A stretch of 64,000 nt of DNA from Bacteroidales bacterium UBA6828. GTDB lineage: Bacteria; Bacteroidota; Bacteroidia; Bacteroidales; Paludibacteraceae. The notes below the pieces were generated by a model. It searched no databases and had not been told where the DNA came from. It worked only from the letters and a program-made list of their open reading frames with translations. How positions within the stretch are numbered: position 1 is the stretch's first letter; every line of letters begins with the position of its first letter. The stretch is from contig DKEG01000026.1 of NCBI GenBank assembly GCA_002452095.1, positions 442-64,441 of the forward strand, written 5' to 3'. A program made the position numbers and the translations under genes. This document shows positions 49,754 through 59,800 of the stretch, piece by piece.

Positions 49754-49984
49754 CCAGATTGCGACGAGTAAACGTCTTTTTCTCTTATGTCGGTTGCGCG
49801 GTGTGCTTGCTATGGCAGAATCGGCAACACGTCTGCAAAGGTAAACATTTTCCGCGAGATACGCAAATAAATTATGTATTGCCACATACCGCAGGTCTGT
49901 GTTCTCCTCAAAAATACTGTTTTTATGCAGTATATGCGACAAATATAGTGCATAAAGTGTATAAAAGCACTGCATAAAGGGTAA

Positions 49985-50017
49985 TCTTTTCTACGTCCTT
50001 TCTACGTCTTTTCTACG
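49985..50017. repeat. 11-mer x3 (TCTTTTCTACG type)
   Basis: Read directly. It is followed by 9-mers (about 50043-50069) and heptamers GTTAATT/ATTAATT (50074-50094). Confidence 0.9.
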
Positions 50018-50127
50018 TAATTGGTATTACCCTATATAGAAATTGCATACTCTGCATATTATGCATATTACTTGTTAATTATTAATTGTTAATTGGCAAG
50101 TTAATTGTGTATGTGATTTTTTTTGTC

Positions 50128-50135
50128 TATCTTTG
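50128..50135 (+). promoter_or_regulatory. candidate -7 box TAtcTTTG for the 50163 gene
   Basis: Matches TAnnTTTG, 28 nt before the ATG. Confidence 0.4.
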
Positions 50136-50162
50136 CGGTGTTTTTGAAAAGCCTGTTTCTGT

Positions 50163-51071
50163 ATGAAATTTCTTGCCCGTATCACGCGTATGTCTATGCC
50201 GGTAGCCTTGGTGCTGTCGGTGGCGGTGCTGTGCGGGTGGATTCCGGAGTTCCTCAATGGTGATTGGCGGCAGGTGCTTCCTACGATGCTGCTTGTGGTG
50301 GTGAACGGGGTGATGTTTTGGTATCTGACGGTTTGCGCCAGGCTGACGCGCGACAGAGACGGTTTGCCGTTGTTTATCTATCTGTTGTCGGCAACGGCTT
50401 TCCTTGCCGCTAATGGTTGTTGGCAGGGGCAGACGGCGGTATTGTGTATGCTGTTGGTATTGCTGTTGCTGCGCAAGGCGTTTCGCGAGGACGAACCTAC
50501 GGAGAGTGCTTTTGTGGCGGCATTGCTCCTGTCAGGGGCTTCGCTGGTGTTGCCGGATATGGTATGGCTGATACCCGCCGTGTGGGTGGCGTATATTCTG
50601 TTGCATTCTTTCGGCTTGCGTGTGTGGCTGGCTACGCTGATAGGGGCTGCGGTGTTTGCCGTTTATTTCGTGTTGGCATGGCATTTCGGTTGGATTGAAA
50701 ATGTGTATATGCCGATGTTCGACCGCAGTTGGCTGTTCTCCGCTTTGCCGCTATCGGAGGCGATTAAGGAGGTCTCGCTGATAGGGATAGGCATCGTGCT
50801 GTTTGTGGCTTCGCTGGTGAGAACGGACAGAGACAGCACAGGGCAGCAGAACTGGCTTCTGCTCTTTACGTTGTTTTTTATTGTTGCAGGCGGCTTGTCG
50901 CTGTTCCCTATGCGCACGGCGGCAACGGCTTGCTGCGGTTCGCTGCTTCCGGTGGCTCTGCTGCTCTTTTCGGGGCTGTGGGTGCTGTTTTTCCGCCAGC
51001 GGGAGTCGGCGGCAAGGGGGATTATGTATATAATTGGACTCATACTCTTGGTAGTATGTTATTGGATATAA
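50163..51071 (+). CDS. polytopic inner-membrane protein, function unknown
   Basis: 302 aa with about 8 hydrophobic helices. The stop is 1 nt before mpl. Confidence 0.6.
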   Translation: MKFLARITRMSMPVALVLSVAVLCGWIPEFLNGDWRQVLPTMLLVVVNGVMFWYLTVCARLTRDRDGLPLFIYLLSATAFLAANGCWQGQTAVLCMLLVLLLLRKAFREDEPTESAFVAALLLSGASLVLPDMVWLIPAVWVAYILLHSFGLRVWLATLIGAAVFAVYFVLAWHFGWIENVYMPMFDRSWLFSALPLSEAIKEVSLIGIGIVLFVASLVRTDRDSTGQQNWLLLFTLFFIVAGGLSLFPMRTAATACCGSLLPVALLLFSGLWVLFFRQRESAARGIMYIIGLILLVVCYWI

Positions 51072-51072
51072 G

Positions 51073-52395
51073 ATGAGAATACATTTTATTGCAATCGGCG
51101 GTGCGGCAATGCACAACCTCGCTATGGCGGTAGCGAGCAAGCCCGGCTATGTGGTTACGGGGTCGGACGACGAGATTTTCGATCCTGCGCGGACGCATCT
51201 GCGTGAGGCGGGATTGCTGCCCGCGGAAATGGGTTGGCACCCCGAGATGATTACACCGGATATAGATGCCATCATTCTGGGTATGCACGCGCGGGAGGAC
51301 AATCCCGAGTTGGTGCGTGCCCGCGAACTGGGGCTGAAGATTTATTCGTTCCCCGAGTACCTGTACGAGCAGACCAAGGACAAGATACGTATTGTGGTAG
51401 GCGGCAGTCATGGCAAGACCACCACTACCTCGATGATTCTCTATGTATTGCAGCACTTAGGTATCGAAACCGACTATATGGTGGGTGCGCAGATAGAGGG
51501 TTTCGAGCGTATGGTGCGCCTGAGCGACACCGCCAAGTATGCGGTGTTCGAGGGCGATGAATACCTGACGTCGCCGCTTGACCTGCGTTCCAAATTCCTG
51601 TGGTATCACCCGCATATCGCCATTCTGACGGGTATTGCGTGGGATCATATCAATGTCTTTCCCACTTTCCCGCAGTATGTGGAGACCTTCCGCAAGTTTG
51701 TAGATACTATCGAACCCGACGGCACGTTTATTTATTACGCAAACGATGAGAACCTGCAAGCGATAGCCGCAGGCGCACGGGCTGACATAACCTGTGTGCC
51801 GTATGATGCTTACGAAGGCAGCGTACCCATGCAGGTCTTCGGGCGGCACAATATGCAGAACCTGCAGGCGGCATGTCTGGTATGCCAACGGATTGGCATA
51901 CAGGCGGACGATTTCTACCGTATCATCAGCACGTTTACGGGAGCCAGTAACCGCTTGGAGAAGATTTGCGAGACGGCGGACGCTGTGGCGTACAAGGACT
52001 TCGCCCATTCGCCCAGCAAACTGCGGGCAACGGTCAATGCCGTGCGCGAGCGTTATCCCGGCAAGAAACTGGTGGCTTGTATGGAGTTGCATACATTCAG
52101 TTCGCTGATGGCGGATTTCCTGCCGCAGTACAACGGCTGTATGCAGGAGGCGGATGTGGCATTGGTCTATTTCAACCCCAAAGTGATAGAACACAAGCGT
52201 CTTGCGCCCATTACCGCCGAAGAAGTCCGCCGTGCTTTCGGTTCGGCGAATGTGGAGGTATTCACCGACAGCCATGCCATGCAGGCACGCCTGCAGAGTA
52301 TGGATTACAAAAATACCGCCCTGCTGATGATGACCAGCGGCACTTTCGACGGGATAGATATTCCCGCCTTTGCCAAGCAACTGCTGAATAAATAA
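51073..52395 (+). CDS. mpl: Mur-ligase family murein peptide ligase (Mpl-like)
   Basis: IHFIAIGGAAMHNLA, VGGSHGKTTTTSM (Mur ligase P-loop), 440 aa. Confidence 0.8.
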   Translation: MRIHFIAIGGAAMHNLAMAVASKPGYVVTGSDDEIFDPARTHLREAGLLPAEMGWHPEMITPDIDAIILGMHAREDNPELVRARELGLKIYSFPEYLYEQTKDKIRIVVGGSHGKTTTTSMILYVLQHLGIETDYMVGAQIEGFERMVRLSDTAKYAVFEGDEYLTSPLDLRSKFLWYHPHIAILTGIAWDHINVFPTFPQYVETFRKFVDTIEPDGTFIYYANDENLQAIAAGARADITCVPYDAYEGSVPMQVFGRHNMQNLQAACLVCQRIGIQADDFYRIISTFTGASNRLEKICETADAVAYKDFAHSPSKLRATVNAVRERYPGKKLVACMELHTFSSLMADFLPQYNGCMQEADVALVYFNPKVIEHKRLAPITAEEVRRAFGSANVEVFTDSHAMQARLQSMDYKNTALLMMTSGTFDGIDIPAFAKQLLNK

Positions 52396-52434
52396 CCGGC
52401 GGCATATTGCAACCCGGTTGCAGGAAAAAAACAG

Positions 52435-52442
52435 TACCTTTG
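52435..52442 (+). promoter_or_regulatory. candidate -7 box TAccTTTG for the efflux adaptor gene
   Basis: Matches TAnnTTTG, 28 nt before the ATG at 52470. This supports the shorter start. Confidence 0.4.
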
Positions 52443-52469
52443 CAGCGTAAATTGGAAAAACTATACGCT

Positions 52470-53615
52470 ATGCAAAGGTACTATTTTTTATTGTGTGTCT
52501 ATATGGCGGCAGTGCTGACAGGCTGCGGCGGGCATAACCATGAACACCACGACCACGAACACGAGACAACGGAGCATCACGAGCATAAGGCGGGCGAAAT
52601 CGTTTTCTCGCCCGAGAAGGCGGCTGCGGTAGGTCTGCAGACCGAAACCATTGTGGCGCAACCCTTTACGGAAGCCGTCAAGGTGTCGGGGCGGCTGGCT
52701 ACACCGGGCAACAAAGTGCGGTCTGTGGTGGCTGCCATGAGCGGTGTGGTAAAATGGCAGCACACCCTCAACGAGGGTACGGCTGTACGCAAAGGCGAGG
52801 TGCTGGCGCATATATCCGTGCGCGGTATGGCGGCAAGCGACCCCGTGGAGACGGCGCGTATCCAATACGAGACCGCCCGCAAGGAGTACGACCGTGCGCA
52901 GGGGCTGACCGGCAGCCAAATCATCTCGGCACAGGAGATGGAGCAGATAACCCTGCGCTACCAAAATGCCAAAGCGCAATACGAAGCCCTGCAAGACAAG
53001 AAAGCCGACGACGGTTGTATCGAGATACGCGCCCCGCAGGACGGCTACGTGAGCGGACTGAACATCGCCAACGGCGACTATGTCGAGGCGGGGCAGGTGC
53101 TGCTCAGCGTGAGTCAGACGCAGCAACTGCTGCTGCAAGCGGACGTGCCGGAACGCTACTGGAACCGTTTGGGCAGTATCCGCAGTGCCAATTTCGCACC
53201 TGCCTACAGCGACACCACCTACCGTCTGGCGGATATGAACGGACGCCTGCTGTCGGTGGGCAGGACGGCGGACACGCAGACGGGCTACGTGCCTGTGGTG
53301 TTCGCTTTCGACAACAAGGCGGGCTTGGTCTCGGGAGCATACGCCGATGTCTATCTGCTCTTGGCTGACCGTCAGGAAGCCCTGTCCGTACCCCTGTCGG
53401 CTATCACCGAGGAGCAGGGTGTCTATTCGGTCTATGTGCAACTGGACGAGGACTGCTACATGAAGCGCGAGGTTACCCTCGGTCAGAGCAACGGCGAGCG
53501 CGTCTTGGTCAAGAGCGGTCTCCGCTCGGGCGAGACGGTAGTTACCCGCGCCGCCCTGCAAGTGAAACTCGCCGGCAGTGCCACCGTCATCCCCGGACAC
53601 ACGCATAACCATTGA
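52470..53615 (+). CDS. RND efflux periplasmic adaptor (CzcB/CusB-like) with His-rich N-terminus
   Basis: Lipobox AAVLTGCGG, a HNHEHHDHEHETTEHHEHK tract, and adaptor-like barrel-sandwich sequence. The track ORF starts at 52407. Confidence 0.85.
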   Translation: MQRYYFLLCVYMAAVLTGCGGHNHEHHDHEHETTEHHEHKAGEIVFSPEKAAAVGLQTETIVAQPFTEAVKVSGRLATPGNKVRSVVAAMSGVVKWQHTLNEGTAVRKGEVLAHISVRGMAASDPVETARIQYETARKEYDRAQGLTGSQIISAQEMEQITLRYQNAKAQYEALQDKKADDGCIEIRAPQDGYVSGLNIANGDYVEAGQVLLSVSQTQQLLLQADVPERYWNRLGSIRSANFAPAYSDTTYRLADMNGRLLSVGRTADTQTGYVPVVFAFDNKAGLVSGAYADVYLLLADRQEALSVPLSAITEEQGVYSVYVQLDEDCYMKREVTLGQSNGERVLVKSGLRSGETVVTRAALQVKLAGSATVIPGHTHNH

Positions 53616-53634
53616 CCTCCCTTAACAAACCTCC

Positions 53635-53664
53635 GACTCCCCCAACCCCCTCAAAGAGGGGGCT
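53635..53664 (+). repeat. GACTCCCCCAACCCCCTC-aaa-GAGGGGGCT hairpin element, intergenic copy
   Basis: Read directly, 20 nt after the adaptor gene stop. Confidence 0.8.
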
Positions 53665-53689
53665 CAATAAAACGGGCAAAAAGTAAGAT

Positions 53690-54136
53690 ATGGAAATAAA
53701 TGTTTGCACCAATAGAACAGAAGCATTGACGAACCAGTTTGTCGGGCTGTGGGACAGGAGCGTGCGGGTGTCGCACGGCTTTCTGACCGAGAGCGACATC
53801 GCCCGTTTGCGCCCTGTGGTACGGCAGGCGGTACAAGAGATACCCGTATTGACAATAGCAACGGACGGCAAAGATATAGTCGGTTTTATGGGTGTAGCAG
53901 AGCGGAAGATAGAGATGCTGCTTGTCTCGCCCGAGTACAATGGCAAAGGCGTAGGCGGCAGGTTGCTGCGCTATGCCATCAGCGAACAGGGAGCGCAATA
54001 CATTGATGTAAACGAGCAGAACCCGCTGGCGGCAGCCATGTACGAACACATCGGCTTTCGGGTGTATGAACGCAGCGAGACCGACGACCAAGGGCAGCCG
54101 TTCCCGATATTGCGAATGAAACTGAAAGACAAATAA
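53690..54136 (+). CDS. GNAT-family N-acetyltransferase
   Basis: 148 aa. LLVSPEYNGKGVGGRLL is the acetyl-CoA binding motif (Q/RxxGxG/A-like). Confidence 0.8.
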   Translation: MEINVCTNRTEALTNQFVGLWDRSVRVSHGFLTESDIARLRPVVRQAVQEIPVLTIATDGKDIVGFMGVAERKIEMLLVSPEYNGKGVGGRLLRYAISEQGAQYIDVNEQNPLAAAMYEHIGFRVYERSETDDQGQPFPILRMKLKDK

Positions 54137-54212
54137 CAAAACCAACAAAACCTGTCTTGCGGCGCAACACGCGCCGCGCTTGTCGTCAAATATATTCAAA
54201 AATTAACCAAAT

Positions 54213-54809
54213 ATGCTTATGCTGACAAAGATTACAGCCTTTGCCCTGTTGGCAAACTTCTATGCGGTCTATTTCGGCAAGAAAGCCGCCCAACGCAAAC
54301 AGGGCATACAGACCAACCAAATAGGTGTGGGCAGCAAACCCAAACGGGTGCTGCGGATAGAGCGGTTGATGGGCATAGCCACTCTGCTGGTCGTGCCGGT
54401 GGAAGTGTTGAGTATCATTGTTTTCCCGCAATGGACGTTGGTTTCCTGCCTGTGTGATTGCCCTGCTTTGCAATGGGCGGGACTGATAATAGCGGCATTG
54501 GGACTGGTGTTTTTCATCATCGCCGTACTGACGATGGCGGACAGTTGGCGGGCGGGCATACCGGAGAAAGACCAAACGCAACTGGTGCAAAGCGGTATCT
54601 ATCGCATCAGCCGCAATCCCGCTTTCGTAGGGTTCGACCTGATGTATATCGGGCTGTTGCTGGCGTTCCCGAACCTGCTGCATCTGGTGTTCGCCCTCTT
54701 TCCCGTGGTAATGCTCCACTTGCAGATACTCCAAGAGGAAGCCTATTGCTGCGCCACCTTCGGCGCACCATATAAGGCGTATTGCAAGAAAGTAAGGCGA
54801 TACCTTTAA
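54213..54809 (+). CDS. membrane methyltransferase (ICMT / phospholipid methyltransferase family)
   Basis: 198 aa and polytopic. SGIYRISRNPAFVGF is the family motif. Confidence 0.7.
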   Translation: MLMLTKITAFALLANFYAVYFGKKAAQRKQGIQTNQIGVGSKPKRVLRIERLMGIATLLVVPVEVLSIIVFPQWTLVSCLCDCPALQWAGLIIAALGLVFFIIAVLTMADSWRAGIPEKDQTQLVQSGIYRISRNPAFVGFDLMYIGLLLAFPNLLHLVFALFPVVMLHLQILQEEAYCCATFGAPYKAYCKKVRRYL

Positions 54810-54935
54810 TGATGAATGAAGAATGGAGCGGGGTAGAAAAAAATACGTTTGAGATTTAACTTTTGGCGGTTGGGTGCATCTTACAGATAGAAGTGCATTT
54901 CTAAACCATAAGTTAAACTCTAAAAAACAACAAGT

Positions 54936-55364
54936 ATGAAACGTTATTTCATTATGGTGCTGGTACTGGTATGCAGTATGAGTATCGTAGCAGAAGACAA
55001 CTTGGGCAAGGAACAGAAACGTGCTGCCCGCGAACAACAGTTAACCGAGCAGACGAATGCGTACATTACGCAGTTCGGCTTGACGGGCGAACAGGCGGAG
55101 CGTTTCCGCAATATCTACACCGACTACAGCAAGAAACTGCAAGGCGTGAAACTGCTATACAAAAAAGACAAGTCGCCTGCCGCTCCGACCGAGGATGAGA
55201 TAGAGGCGGCTATACGCAGACGCTTTGAGCGTCAGCGGAGTATTCTGAATATCCGCGAGGAGTACTACCATAAACTGCGTACCGTATTGACCCCCTCGCA
55301 GATACAGCAGATTTATGACGATGAGCAGGTGCGCAAAGGGCAGTTGCAAAAGCAGAATAAATGA
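54936..55364 (+). CDS. periplasmic LTXXQ-motif protein (Spy/CpxP/CnrX-like candidate)
   Basis: Signal peptide, helical and charged. It has two LTxxQ motifs (LTGEQ, LTPSQ). The stop overlaps the sigma-factor start (ATGA). Confidence 0.5.
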   Translation: MKRYFIMVLVLVCSMSIVAEDNLGKEQKRAAREQQLTEQTNAYITQFGLTGEQAERFRNIYTDYSKKLQGVKLLYKKDKSPAAPTEDEIEAAIRRRFERQRSILNIREEYYHKLRTVLTPSQIQQIYDDEQVRKGQLQKQNK

Positions 55365-55978
55365 TGATTGACAGATTGGTCAAGACATATAACCAGCCGC
55401 TGTACCGCTATTTGAGGCGTATGCTCCGCAACAGCGAGGACGCCAAGGACGTGCTGCAAAACACATGGCTGCAGGTGTACACCCATATCGGAGAACTGCG
55501 CGAGCAGTCCTCCGAGCGGGCGTATCTGTATCGTGTGGCGACCAACTGCGCCTATATGTGGCTTCGCAATGAACAGCCGTTGGAGTCGATAGACGATGTG
55601 GACGAATCGGTATTGCAGACATTGCATAGCGAACCCGATATAGAACTTGGGCAGGAGTTGCTGGCACGATTGGAGCAGACGATATTGCGCCTACCGCCTA
55701 CGCAACGGGCGATATTCAACCTGCGCTACCACGAGGATATGTCGTATGAAGAGATAGCCGAGATTACCCAATCGACGGTAGGGGCGGCGAAGACGAACTA
55801 TAGTCTGGCGAAGCGCAAAATCAGCGGTTGGTTGACGGCAATGGTATCGTCGGTGCTGCTGGTGGTTACTCTCGGTATCGCCTGGGGACGATACGAGAAC
55901 CGACCTTCGGCAGGAGAGATAGTGTATGCTTCCGATGACTGGACGGAGTTCGCAAATGATGATTTATTCTTGGAATGA
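55361..55978 (+). CDS. ECF-type sigma-70 factor with C-terminal transmembrane helix
   Basis: Region 2 (DAKDVLQNTWLQVY) and region 4 HTH (MSYEEIAEITQSTVGAAKTNYSLAKRKI) are followed by LTAMVSSVLLVVTLGIAW and a 27-aa tail. Confidence 0.8.
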   Translation: MMIDRLVKTYNQPLYRYLRRMLRNSEDAKDVLQNTWLQVYTHIGELREQSSERAYLYRVATNCAYMWLRNEQPLESIDDVDESVLQTLHSEPDIELGQELLARLEQTILRLPPTQRAIFNLRYHEDMSYEEIAEITQSTVGAAKTNYSLAKRKISGWLTAMVSSVLLVVTLGIAWGRYENRPSAGEIVYASDDWTEFANDDLFLE

Positions 55979-56823
55979 TGAAACGGATGGTATTGGCACT
56001 GATGTGCGTGCTGAGCCTTGGGGCTATGGCACAGACGGAGACGGTGTTCACCAAAGAGCAGTTTCCGCTGAATAGCGGAGCGGTGTTACCCTACCGGCAG
56101 ATGCGGATAGCGGGCGAGAAACCGATGCTTGTAATTTACCTGCACGGCGGCAGCAGTTGCGGCACGGACAACGAGACACAGATGGGCGAACCGGGTATAG
56201 ACTCAATAGCATGGTACCTGATAGAGCAAGCCCTTCCTGCTGTTTTTGTAGTACCGCAATGCAGCAACCGCACCAAAGGTTGGGGCGGAATGGCAAGCGA
56301 TGTGAAACGGCTGATAGACTATGTGGCGCAACAGGAGGCGGCAGACACAACACGCATCTATATCTTTGGCGGCAGTATGGGCGGCACGGGGACATGGAAA
56401 ATGCTGTCGCTCTACCCCGATTACTTTGCTGCGGCTATGCCGTGTGCCGGCAACCCGAAAGGGATGAGTGCAGAGAACATCGCCACTACGCCGGTCTATA
56501 CCGTAATGGGGCTGGCGGACAAGATAATGGGCAGCGATGTGCGCACAACGGTGGAGACGCTGGTCGGGCAGTTGGAGGCTATGGGCGACGAGGTCAGGTA
56601 TGAGACTGTGGCGGGGTGGACGCACGAGACGACCTGTATTCAGAGTTATTCCGCGGAGCGGTTGGACTGGGTGTTCAGCCACAAGCGGGGACAGACCACC
56701 GACCTGATAATATCCCCGATAGACAGCACAGACGAGGCGTGGTATGATCTATCGGGGCGGTGTTTTATAGTACCGCCGAGCCACGGCGTATATATCCATA
56801 GGGGAAAGAAAGTAGTATTCTGA
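55975..56823 (+). CDS. secreted alpha/beta-hydrolase (esterase) with short T9SS-like tail
   Basis: Signal peptide, LVIYLHGGSS, a GGSMGG nucleophile elbow, and the tail WYDLSGR...HGVYIHRGKKVVF. The start overlaps the sigma stop (ATGA). Confidence 0.65.
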   Translation: MMKRMVLALMCVLSLGAMAQTETVFTKEQFPLNSGAVLPYRQMRIAGEKPMLVIYLHGGSSCGTDNETQMGEPGIDSIAWYLIEQALPAVFVVPQCSNRTKGWGGMASDVKRLIDYVAQQEAADTTRIYIFGGSMGGTGTWKMLSLYPDYFAAAMPCAGNPKGMSAENIATTPVYTVMGLADKIMGSDVRTTVETLVGQLEAMGDEVRYETVAGWTHETTCIQSYSAERLDWVFSHKRGQTTDLIISPIDSTDEAWYDLSGRCFIVPPSHGVYIHRGKKVVF

Positions 56824-56837
56824 GTGAAATAAAAGTA

Positions 56838-59800
56838 TTGTGTATGCTGAATAAAATTATCCGGTTTGCCTTGCAGAACAGGCTTGCCATTGTGGTGGCG
56901 GCGTTGATTATCCTCTGTGCGGGCGTGTACAACGTGCGTGAGATGGACGTGGACGTGTTCCCCGACCTGAACGCCCCCACGGTGGTGGTGATGACCGAAG
57001 CCACGGGTATGGCACCCGAGGAGGTGGAGCGGCTTGTAACGTTCCCTATAGAGACGGCGGTGAACGGGGCGACCGATGTGCGGCGCGTGCGCTCGTCGTC
57101 CACCACGGGTTTCTCGGTGGTATGGGTGGAGTTTGACTGGGGTACGGACATCTACCGCGCCCGGCAGATAGTGAGCGAGAAACTCGCCACGGTGTCGGAG
57201 TCGCTGCCCGACTATGTGGGGCGACCTATACTGGGGCCCCAGTCGTCTATCCTCGGCGAGGTGCTGATTATCGGTCTGACCGCCGACTCCGTGACCACGC
57301 AGGAGCAGTTGCGCACCATTGCCGACTGGACGATACGTCCGCGGTTGCTCTCCACGGGCGGCGTGGCGCAGGTGGCGGTGATGGGCGGCGACATACGCGA
57401 ATACCAGATACAGATTGACCCCAACCGCATGCGCACCTACCATGTGGCACTCGACGACCTGCTTGCTGCCGTACGCGGTATGAACCAAAACGCCTCGGGC
57501 GGCGTGCTGTACGAGTACGGCAACGAATACATCATCCGCGGGGCACTCTCCACCAACGACCTCGACCTGCTCGGGCAGGCTGCCGTACCCACCACCGACG
57601 GCGGTACGGTGCGCTTGGAGCAGGTGGCTACGGTGGCTATCGGTGCGCAGACGCCTAAGTTAGGCTTGGCATCGGTGAAGGGCAAACCCGCCGTGCTGCT
57701 GACCGTTACCAAGCAGCCGAACACCGGCACTATCGAACTGACGGAGCATCTGGACAAAGCAATAGAGGAACTCAAAACGCAACTGCCCGCCGATGTGGTG
57801 ATTTCGACCGACATCTTCCGCCAGAAGAACTTTATCGATAGTTCTATCGGCAATATCAAGAAGTCGCTCTGGGAGGGGGCATTGTTTGTCATACTGGTGC
57901 TGTTTATCTTCCTGCAGAACGGGCGGACGACGCTTATTTCGCTCGTCTCGATACCTATGTCGCTACTGATAACGATACTCGTCATGCGCCTTTTCGGACT
58001 GAATATCAACACGATGAGTATCGGCGGTATGGCGATAGCCATCGGCTCGTTGGTGGACGACGCGATAGTGGACGTGGAGAATGTGTATAAGCACCTGCGG
58101 CAGAACGCCCTGTTGCCACGGGAGAAGCGGCTGCCGGTGCGCGAGGTGGTGTTCAATGCATCGTATGAGGTACGTATGCCCGTTATCAACTCCACGTTTA
58201 TCATTGTGGTCAGTTTCGTGCCGCTGTTCCTCTTGTCGGGTATGGAGGGACGTATGCTTGCGCCGCTCGGTGTGGCGTTTATCGTGTCGCTGTTCGCTTC
58301 CACATTAGTCGCACTGACGCTTACGCCCGTACTATGCTCCTACCTGCTCGGTACGGAGCGTGCTATGCGCCATGCCGACCGCGAACCGCGGTTGGTACAG
58401 GGGTTGCGCAAGGTATATACCCGCGCCTTGGAGGGTGCCTTGGCGCACAAGAAAGCCGTACTGGGCGTTACGTTCTCGCTCTTTGCCGCGGCGGCGGTAG
58501 GGTTCTGCTTCTTCGGACATAGTTTCCTGCCGGGCTTCAATGAGGGCTCGTTCACTATCAATGTCAGCACCCTGCCGGGCGTGTCGCTCGAGGAATCGGA
58601 CGCCATAGGGCGCAAGGCGGAGGAGATACTGCTCTCGGTGCCGGAGATACAGACCGTGGCACGCAAGACGGGGCGTGCCGAATTGGACGAACACGCCTTG
58701 GGCGTGAACACCTCGGAGATAGAGGCGCCGTTTGAACTCAAAGACCGCTCCAAAGAGGAGGTGATGGCGGAGATACGCCAAAAGATGAGCGTGCTATCGG
58801 GTATCAACTTGGAGATAGGGCAGCCTATCTCCCACCGTATCGATGCCATGCTGTCGGGTACGCAGTCGAACATCGCCATCAAGGTGTTCGGTAGCGACCT
58901 CAACAAGATGTACCAACTGGGCAATCAGATAAAGGCGGCTATCGCCGGCGTGGACGGTGTGGCGGACTTGAACGTGGAGCAACAGGTGGAACGCCCGCAG
59001 TTGCTCATCACTCCGCGGCGCGATATGCTGGCGCGGTACGGCATCTCGCCTGCCGAGTTCGCCGAGCAGATAGATGTGCTGTTGGGCGGCAGCGTGGTGT
59101 CGCAGGTCTATGAGGGCAGCAAAGCCTTCGACCTCGTGGTGCGCCTCAACCCCGCCGAGCGTGCCACGATGGACGACATACGCGACATCTGTATCTCTAC
59201 CGCCACGGCGGCTGTACCGCTCTCGTCGCTGGCGGACGTGCGCTCCGCTATGGGACCGAACACCATCAACCGCGAGAACGTGAGCCGCAAGTTGGTCGTC
59301 TCTGCTAATGTAACCAACGGAGACCTGCGCGGGGCGGTGAACGATATACAGCGGATTATCAGCGAACAAATCACGCTGCCCGAGGGCTACCATATCGAGT
59401 ACGGCGGTCAGTTCGAGAGTGAGGAGAAAGCGTCCCGCACGATTGCGCTGGCTACGATAGGGGCGTTGATAGTCATCTTCCTGTTGCTGTTTATGCAGTT
59501 CCGTGATATGCGTCAGGCGGTGGTCGTGCTGTGCAACCTGCCGTTGGCGCTGATGGGCGGTGTGCTGGCGGTTGCCTTGGACGGCGGCGTGCTGAGTATC
59601 CCCGCCCTGATAGGCTTCATCTCGCTCTTCGGTATCGCCACGCGCAACGGTATGCTGCTCATTGAGCGGTACAACGACCTCTCCCGCGAGGGACTGCCGC
59701 TGCATCAGCGTATCGTGCAAGGTTCGGCAGACCGACTGAACCCTATCCTGATGACTGCTCTCACCACCGCCTTGTCGCTTATCCCGCTGGCACTCGGCGG

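Noticed and set aside
49502-49975. 157-aa minus-strand ORF upstream of mod.
   Set aside because: It runs through the structured IR element and the 11-mer repeats. It has no start context or motifs, and the homologous copy at 62.8 kb does not preserve any reading frame.
52488-53612. 374-aa minus-strand ORF opposite the efflux adaptor gene. Also 58794-59930 and 59896-60975, opposite the pump and tolC-like genes, and 56646-57488 and 57437-58303.
   Set aside because: They are shadow ORFs in GC-rich coding DNA. The plus-strand products are recognisable efflux components.
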